DNA from: a virus
Lineage: Duplodnaviria; Caudoviricetes
Reading direction: 5' to 3' (one strand)
Virus record (IMG/VR): IMGVR_UViG_3300009183_000045
DNA: 64,000 bases
The position numbers and the translations under genes are program-made. Below, piece after piece: positions 58,343 through 64,000 of this stretch. The notes beneath the pieces are model-generated. The model was not told the origin of the DNA, made no database searches, and was given only the letters and a program-made list of their open reading frames with translations. Positions within the stretch are counted from its first letter, which is position 1; each line of letters starts with the position of its first letter.

Positions 58343-58732
58343 ATGCGCACAAAAGATCACATCGGATTAGAAAAAGTTTATTCATTGATAATGGAATCCA
58401 GAGCCGCTGGAGCCGAAAGTCAAGTTGCTGGAGAAAGTGCTAAAGCATTGGCTATAGAAAAGACTTTAATCAAATCCATTACAGAAGATTTGAATACAAC
58501 TGCTGCTCATCTTCAGAATATTCAACCGTTAATTGGAACCTTTGAAGAAGGAGCCTTAGGAGAAGATTTTCAATCTTTGATGACCGCCATTCAGTCCGTT
58601 CAAGCGGCAGCAGAGTCTTTGCAGGGAAGAATGCCCGAAGAAGAAGAATCTGTTGAAGGAGAAGGCGAAGGCGGCGAAGTTCCTTCGGATTTCCCTGAAA
58701 ACGGCGGAGAAGGTGAAATGCCTCCTGTTTAA
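58343..58732 (+). CDS. Acidic hypothetical protein (late; possibly head-associated)
   Basis: TAAATA-6 nt-ATG, DHIGLEKVYSLIMES N-terminus, Glu/Gly-rich tail. Confidence 0.7.
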   Translation: MRTKDHIGLEKVYSLIMESRAAGAESQVAGESAKALAIEKTLIKSITEDLNTTAAHLQNIQPLIGTFEEGALGEDFQSLMTAIQSVQAAAESLQGRMPEEEESVEGEGEGGEVPSDFPENGGEGEMPPV

Positions 58733-58758
58733 TTTCCTATAGAAGCAGTAAAATAATC

Positions 58759-58789
58759 AAAAAAGCCACGGCAAATCCGTGGCTTTTTT
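58759..58789 (+). terminator. Rho-independent terminator
   Basis: aaaaaagccacgg-caaat-ccgtggctttttt. Confidence 0.9.
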
Positions 58790-58790
58790 G

Positions 58791-58819
58791 TTGCACTTCC
58801 GCCAATTTAAATGTATTAT
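58791..58819 (+). promoter_or_regulatory. TTCC-box promoter for the RNA ligase operon (leaderless)
   Basis: TTGCAC-TTCCGCCAATTTAAATG(17)-TATTAT-6 nt-ATG(58826). Confidence 0.7.
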
Positions 58820-58825
58820 AGAGTT

Positions 58826-59830
58826 ATGAAATTAGCAGTCATTGAAAAAATTAATGAACTTCTTCCTATTGAAGGAGCAGATCGTATTGAATTGGCAGTG
58901 GTCCAGGGATGGAAGGCAGTTGTTAAGAAGGGTGAATTCGAAGTAGGACAAATGGTGGTCTTCATTCCTATTGATACCGTTATGGAGCCCAGACATTGGA
59001 ATGAATTCCTCTGGGACAAAGAAGACCCTAGCAAACCCATCAGAGTAAAGACCGTCAAACTTCGAGGACAAGTATCTCAGGGTCTTGTGTTCTCCGTTAA
59101 AATCACTGGTACTATCTGGCAAGTGATGGGCAATGATGTTTCCGAGACTTTAGGAGTTACCAAATATGAACGCCCGATTCCAGCTAGCTTGCAAGGTGAA
59201 GTGAGAGGTAGTTTCCCTTCTCACTTGATCAGTCGGACAGATGAAGATAATCTCCTGTCCAATATTAAGGTCTTAGAAGAGTTGAAAAAAAGTGACTATG
59301 TCCAGGTAACTTTAAAAATGGATGGTAGTAGCATGACCGCTCTTAAAACTGCAGAAGGAGAATTTCATGTTTGTTCGCGCAATTTAGATTTGAAAGAAAC
59401 AGAAGAGAATTCTTTCTGGAAAGCAGCTAGAATGTATAATCTAGAAGAACAGATTGAACCCGGCACTGCCTTCCAGTTTGAACTGTGCGGACCTGGAATT
59501 CAAAAAAATCTAATAGGATTAAAAGAATTAAGTTTATATTTGTTTAATGCCAAGAACCTTTCATCTGGAGAATACTTCAACCCAGTATTCAGGCCCAACG
59601 AATCGACTATAAAAAGTGTTCCACTTGTTAAGTCTTTCACTGCTGGAGAGATCCTCCAGTTGACTACAGAAGAATTGCAAGAATTGGCCAATAAACAAAA
59701 GTATCCAAGTGGTCTTCCTGCTGAGGGTATTGTTATAAGAGGATTTGATAGCGAAGGTAAATCTAGATACAGCGAGCATTTGCAAAAGATGTTAAGTGTT
59801 AAGATTATTAATCAAAATTACAAAGATTAA
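58826..59830 (+). CDS. RNA ligase, DRB0094/Rnl2-like family
   Basis: N-terminal LAVIEKI..LLPIEGADRIE.A.V.GW..VVKKGEF, TDEDNL, motif I TLKMDGSS, FELCGPGIQKN, EGIVIR and SVKIIN..Y. Confidence 0.9.
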   Translation: MKLAVIEKINELLPIEGADRIELAVVQGWKAVVKKGEFEVGQMVVFIPIDTVMEPRHWNEFLWDKEDPSKPIRVKTVKLRGQVSQGLVFSVKITGTIWQVMGNDVSETLGVTKYERPIPASLQGEVRGSFPSHLISRTDEDNLLSNIKVLEELKKSDYVQVTLKMDGSSMTALKTAEGEFHVCSRNLDLKETEENSFWKAARMYNLEEQIEPGTAFQFELCGPGIQKNLIGLKELSLYLFNAKNLSSGEYFNPVFRPNESTIKSVPLVKSFTAGEILQLTTEELQELANKQKYPSGLPAEGIVIRGFDSEGKSRYSEHLQKMLSVKIINQNYKD

Positions 59831-60310
59831 ATGAAATTAATTATTATTAGAGGCATTCCAGGATCTGGAAAAACTACATTAGCTTGCAAACTTAAAGAAG
59901 AATTATGGAAAGAAACCTATTTAGTAGCCCATCTTGAAGCTGATATGTATTTTGAAGTTATGGATGTGTTAACTGGGCACTGGCAATATCGTTTTGATCC
60001 CTCTCGATTGAGTGAAGCCCATAAAACGTGTCTACTTGAAACAGAAGTCTCTTTAAAAGATGGTGACAATGTAATAATATCAAATACCTTTACACGTATT
60101 TCAGAAATGCAACCTTATTTAAAGTTGGCAGATTCTTATCAAGCTGAAATAGAAATTTATGAAATGTCTAATGAGCCAGTTTTAGAGAAAACTCAAAAGA
60201 GCATTCACAATATACCTGATTCTGTTATAGACAAAATGGTAAATCGTTGGGAAGAGTTACCTTCAAATTTAATCCCTTTCAAAAAATTAACATCAAAGAA
60301 CATCTCTTAG
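59831..60310 (+). CDS. Polynucleotide-kinase-like P-loop kinase (AAA_33)
   Basis: LIIIRGIPGSGKTT, EADMYF, AH..C, VIISNTFT and SIHNIP. Confidence 0.8.
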   Translation: MKLIIIRGIPGSGKTTLACKLKEELWKETYLVAHLEADMYFEVMDVLTGHWQYRFDPSRLSEAHKTCLLETEVSLKDGDNVIISNTFTRISEMQPYLKLADSYQAEIEIYEMSNEPVLEKTQKSIHNIPDSVIDKMVNRWEELPSNLIPFKKLTSKNIS

Positions 60311-60795
60311 AGAGGGGTGTGGATTTTAATATTCACACTCCTTCTATTTCAAAAGACTCTGCTACATTTTTTCTTTATAATCTCAGTGGTCAAATTGTAG
60401 GATACCAACGCTACATGCCTTTAAATTTTAAGAAAAAACGCAATGATGAAATGGGTCGCTACTATACCTATAGATCTAACAACATCGGTATATTTGGTTT
60501 AGAAACTTATACATTAGATTGTCCGTGTGTATTTCTTACAGAAGGCATATTTGATGCTGTAAGATTGACTCGCAGAGGATGTTGTGCCTTAGCATTGCTA
60601 TGCAACAATCCGGATAGTTCTTTGTATAATTTTCTGCATTGTCTAGGCAAGCCTCTGGTTAGTGTTTGCGATAAAGACATTGGGGGTAGATCTCTAAGAA
60701 AAGTTGGTCATTACTTTGAAGAATCACCTGAAAAGGATCTAGGGGTTTCAGACGAATCGTTTGTTGATTATTTAATAAAAACCTATTACAATTAA
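60247..60795 (+). CDS. Stand-alone TOPRIM-domain protein (primase-like)
   Basis: VFLTEGIFDA (EGxxD), VCDKD.GG (DxD) and KDLG. No in-frame ATG near the 5' end, so the start is uncertain (TTG 60247 or ATT 60286). Confidence 0.7.
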   Translation: MGRVTFKFNPFQKINIKEHLLERGVDFNIHTPSISKDSATFFLYNLSGQIVGYQRYMPLNFKKKRNDEMGRYYTYRSNNIGIFGLETYTLDCPCVFLTEGIFDAVRLTRRGCCALALLCNNPDSSLYNFLHCLGKPLVSVCDKDIGGRSLRKVGHYFEESPEKDLGVSDESFVDYLIKTYYN

Positions 60796-60798
60796 TAT

Positions 60799-62004
60799 AT
60801 GGATAATGAAGTATCAGAGTTGCTGAGAGAATTTGGCAGAGAAGGTCTTTATTCAAAAAAAGAATCTAAGTCTATGAACAGAGGTCTTCATAAAGAAAAA
60901 CTTAAAAGAGACTTTAAACAAAAAATTAAACTGCCAGAAAATTTTCCAAAAGTTACATTCGATTCTCGTCCAGATGGTATTTGGGAAACTTCTTATATTA
61001 TAGCATCTCTTTATCATAATAAACCCCTTTCTGAATTTTCTTTTACCCCCTCCCTTTTAGATTATAAACTTTTAAATTTCTTAGAAAAGAATGCTATTTG
61101 CATTACAAGAAGTACTACAGAAACCTCAGTCGATGCAAATTATCTTTTCTTGTATAAAGAAGTTTTTCTTTTTTTAACAATAGGCACAAAAGAAGAAACT
61201 GATGACGTTTTATTGATTACAGGTTTAATTGCCTATTATGATATTGAAAAGGGATTACCTTATGAACTTTTTGATAAGTTTAAAACAGAACCACCAGTAG
61301 AAAGATCTAAGATAGGAATTATTAAATCAGGTCGCGGCGGCATGTACGTCTCTAAGATATCTCTTTCACATAATCAAACATTTAGTTTTGATCATTACAA
61401 TGAAGATTTTGCAACATTTGAAAATAATATCACCAATCAATTAGCAGAAAAGAAACCTGGTTTGTTTTTATTTCACGGAGAACCCGGCACTGGAAAATCA
61501 TCTGCCATTAGGCATTTAGTAGAAAAAGTCAAAAGAAATTTTATATTCATTCCACCACAAATGATTAGCCATTTGTCTTCTCCAGAATTTGCCGATATCA
61601 TTACAGACACTCACAAGGGATCTGTTTTGATTTTAGAAGATGCAGAGAAGGCTTTAATGAAAAGAGAATCAGATGATGGATTTTCTAATTCAACGCTCGT
61701 GTCTTCTATATTAAACTTGACAGATGGGCTATATGCTGATCTAGGACAATTGGCTATTATTGCTACATATAACTGTGATCGTAATCTCATTGATCCCGCC
61801 TTGCTTCGCAAAGGACGTCTGAAAGCTGAATATCGTTTTGATAAATTGGATACAGACAGAGCAAAACTCTTAGTAAAAAAATTGGGCAAGAATCTAAATA
61901 TTAAGGAACCCAAAACACTAGCAGATATCTTCAATGATGATGAACAATATACAAATAATGAAAAGTCAAAAAAAGAACCTATAGGGTTTGGTTTTAGTAG
62001 TTAA
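60799..62004 (+). CDS. AAA+ ATPase (BCS1/FtsH-like clade)
   Basis: LFHGEPGTGKSS, LILEDAE, ILNLTDG, IATYN, IDPALLRKGRL and EPIGFG. Confidence 0.85.
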   Translation: MDNEVSELLREFGREGLYSKKESKSMNRGLHKEKLKRDFKQKIKLPENFPKVTFDSRPDGIWETSYIIASLYHNKPLSEFSFTPSLLDYKLLNFLEKNAICITRSTTETSVDANYLFLYKEVFLFLTIGTKEETDDVLLITGLIAYYDIEKGLPYELFDKFKTEPPVERSKIGIIKSGRGGMYVSKISLSHNQTFSFDHYNEDFATFENNITNQLAEKKPGLFLFHGEPGTGKSSAIRHLVEKVKRNFIFIPPQMISHLSSPEFADIITDTHKGSVLILEDAEKALMKRESDDGFSNSTLVSSILNLTDGLYADLGQLAIIATYNCDRNLIDPALLRKGRLKAEYRFDKLDTDRAKLLVKKLGKNLNIKEPKTLADIFNDDEQYTNNEKSKKEPIGFGFSS

Positions 62005-62009
62005 TTTTT

Positions 62010-62708
62010 ATGGATGAAATAGATTTAAGAACAGATAATTTAAATATTTTTGATCAAAGCAATCTTTCATCCTGTGCCAGTGTTTCAACCTTAAATTTGT
62101 TGCATTATGTTCTTTCTACTCATTTAAACAATTATGAAAAATTTTCTTATATGTTTTCTTATCATGCCGCAAGGCGATTAGAGGGAAATGAAAACTTAAA
62201 TTGTGGAGTTCATATTAGAAGTGTTTTAAAGGCTATAAAACACTACGGAGTTCTTCCTAAAGATTTGTGGAAATATAAAGAAAAAAAACAAAGACAGGAG
62301 ATTCTAAATTTGGCTAGTCAATCTATTAAGATGGATAATGTCTTTCCGGTTTTCTTAGATAATAGTAATATAGAAGGAGTTTATCAAAATTTAAAAAACA
62401 AATTACCATTTGTTTTTGGTATAACTATAGATAATTCCTTCTCAGCGGCTGATAAGAATAGGGGAATAGTGTCCTTGCCCACCAGTGAAGTGGGTAATAG
62501 TATATCCGGACATGCTTTATTTGGTTTAGGCATTAAAAAATTTGAAGGTAAATGGTATGTAATAGCCCAAAACAGTAGAGGAAAAAAATGGGGAGACAAC
62601 GGTTATTGTTATCTCCCCATTTCATATTTAACAAGTGTTAATTTAACTCCAGAATGTTGGTCTTTTAGTATGACGAACCAATATAACCGGTCACTTTTAA
62701 TTCCTTAG
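62010..62708 (+). CDS. Papain-like cysteine peptidase (C1 family)
   Basis: DQSNLSSCAS (catalytic Cys), GHALFGLG (His) and IAQNSRGKKWGDNGYCYLP (Asn). Confidence 0.85.
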   Translation: MDEIDLRTDNLNIFDQSNLSSCASVSTLNLLHYVLSTHLNNYEKFSYMFSYHAARRLEGNENLNCGVHIRSVLKAIKHYGVLPKDLWKYKEKKQRQEILNLASQSIKMDNVFPVFLDNSNIEGVYQNLKNKLPFVFGITIDNSFSAADKNRGIVSLPTSEVGNSISGHALFGLGIKKFEGKWYVIAQNSRGKKWGDNGYCYLPISYLTSVNLTPECWSFSMTNQYNRSLLIP

Positions 62709-63999
62709 GAGCTCCATCTTTTCCAGGCTCTGCAGCCGGTAACATTCCAATTCTTCTCAGGTAATTAGCACTCTGATAAAGGCCCCATTTAGATTTTTTT
62801 CTAGTTATTATTTTAATAGATCCGTTAATAATAGTTTCAGCAATTCGAACTTCGTCAGAGGTAACAACAAAATTAATTGCTTTATTAATAATACCAACCC
62901 ATAGTCTTTTAGACTGAGCTGCCACGCTTTTAAGATTTAATTTTACATTCGGTAATTTAGACCTATTAATTACCATGTCGTAAGCTTCTCTAACAATTGT
63001 AGTAACCCCCTGAACCACCTTAACAGACCGAGTAATTGGCGATGGGATATAACCTATTACAGTAACCACTTGACTTAAATTCCATGGAGTTTTTTTGTAG
63101 TGATAATCTAATCCGGATCTTTTTACATATTTACTAACAGTCTCCAGCTTACTAACCATGTCCGTAGAATCCGCACCCGATCCAGCTGCGGCCCTTACGA
63201 CAGAACTCACTTTTGTCATAGTTCTTCTGCTTTGTTTTTTCTTCTTTGGAATTAGTTTTTTTTGTGGACTACCGAACACACCCAAGCTAGCAAAATAATT
63301 ATACACATACTCCGCAGTTAAATACATTCCTTTTTGAGTCGGCGTAATTATTACATTACCCGCCGTTTTAGAGAAACCTCCACCATTATAATCTGGATAA
63401 AGATGTTTTACTGTAGCATAGGTTAAATCTATTCCGTGGTGTGTATTTCCGGATCCCTCTTCATAACCAGCAGGACCCGCATCCACTAATGGCACAACTA
63501 CTTCTCTTCCGTTGGCTTGTACCAAGACATGAGGATCTACTTTTAACATCAAAGCCGCATTATATGTTCCCCAAAACATTCTTATAGCTTCCTGGTTAAG
63601 AGATATACCGAGTAACTTCGGATCACCAGTTTGGTAACCCAGGCCCTTCGCAATCCTGTCAGGCCTGCTCGGGTTATAGAACGCGCCAAGTTGATTATCT
63701 GTTTTATCTAGTTTGCCTATGCCATTTAAACCAAATATAGTAGCGTGTCCAGTAAATGATTGAGACTGAACTTTGGGGTGGGTTGACGCTACAGGCTGCA
63801 AATTAGCCTTCCAGCACATCTTACCCCATAGATGAGGGGCTACCCTGTTATAGGCATCCTGCAAAGCCATCTTCCAGGTATACTTATATTTGCCAAAAAC
63901 ATTTGTTGAATTCCTAAGCATGTGATAAACCTCCGGAGGATTTATCATAGAATATGTTACTGGAGAGTATTTAACACCATAGTCCCATTCACAGCAGCT
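62665..63999 (-). CDS. Virion-associated protein with RlpA-like double-psi beta-barrel (possible cell-wall lytic domain), 5'-truncated
   Basis: Frame is open to the window end (SCCEWDYGVKYSPVTYS precedes MINPP). VVVPLVDAGP....H.GIDLTYA is an RlpA/DPBB pattern. Confidence 0.55.
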   Translation of the reverse strand, partial: SCCEWDYGVKYSPVTYSMINPPEVYHMLRNSTNVFGKYKYTWKMALQDAYNRVAPHLWGKMCWKANLQPVASTHPKVQSQSFTGHATIFGLNGIGKLDKTDNQLGAFYNPSRPDRIAKGLGYQTGDPKLLGISLNQEAIRMFWGTYNAALMLKVDPHVLVQANGREVVVPLVDAGPAGYEEGSGNTHHGIDLTYATVKHLYPDYNGGGFSKTAGNVIITPTQKGMYLTAEYVYNYFASLGVFGSPQKKLIPKKKKQSRRTMTKVSSVVRAAAGSGADSTDMVSKLETVSKYVKRSGLDYHYKKTPWNLSQVVTVIGYIPSPITRSVKVVQGVTTIVREAYDMVINRSKLPNVKLNLKSVAAQSKRLWVGIINKAINFVVTSDEVRIAETIINGSIKIITRKKSKWGLYQSANYLRRIGMLPAAEPGKDGAPKELKVTGYIGSSY

Positions 64000-64000
64000 C

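Noticed and set aside
1171-62599. Numerous 60-140 aa overlapping ORFs in the track (for example 1171, 1397, 3996, 15569, 22562, 46246, 57268, 61611)
   Set aside because: They lie inside well-supported genes on other frames or strands, with no recognisable motifs or promoter context.
1-64000. Stop-codon recoding (code 15 or 4)
   Set aside because: Known genes are full length in code 11, and TAA, TAG and TGA all serve as terminal stops.
1-64000. tRNA genes, introns, inteins and homing endonucleases
   Set aside because: There is little intergenic space, no T-loop/cloverleaf signature was seen, gp23, gp44 and the ligase are uninterrupted, and no HNH, GIY-YIG or LAGLIDADG motifs were recognised. 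A tRNAscan/Infernal run would be definitive.

Overview
64 kb segment of a large AT-rich T4-like (gp23-type) myovirus genome. From left to right it holds the end of the head module (gp22-like scaffold, gp23 major capsid), a few DNA-metabolism genes (P-loop kinase, DenV-like glycosylase, dUTPase, gp44 clamp loader), and a roughly 44 kb baseplate, tail-fibre and adhesin region. That region includes gp25, gp6, PKD/NHL/LamG/vWA/Ig/RCC1/collagen/pectin-lyase-like proteins, two S74-chaperoned fibres, a Dps-like protein and a GT4 glycosyltransferase. The right end is an accessory region: DUF932, Hsp20, an outer-membrane beta-barrel, a RadA-like ATPase, an RNA ligase with kinase and TOPRIM neighbours, an AAA ATPase, a C1 peptidase and an RlpA-like protein. 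The most notable signals are non-coding. (1) The hsp20 transcription unit has complementary 5' and 3' ends (a long-range panhandle) and a Shine-Dalgarno-occluding hairpin. (2) A promoter class has a conserved TTCC(C) box near -30, a TAnnAT -10 and ATG usually 6 nt later, giving leaderless mRNA, and it reveals an unannotated 23-aa ORF. (3) Late TAAATA boxes also sit 5-6 nt before ATG. Also notable are a glycosyltransferase next to a Thr-rich collagen fibre and a 14-repeat RCC1 protein with constant framework and hypervariable loops. No tRNA, CRISPR, integrase, reverse transcriptase or homing endonuclease was recognised. All family assignments come from motif recognition by eye; no database searches were run.
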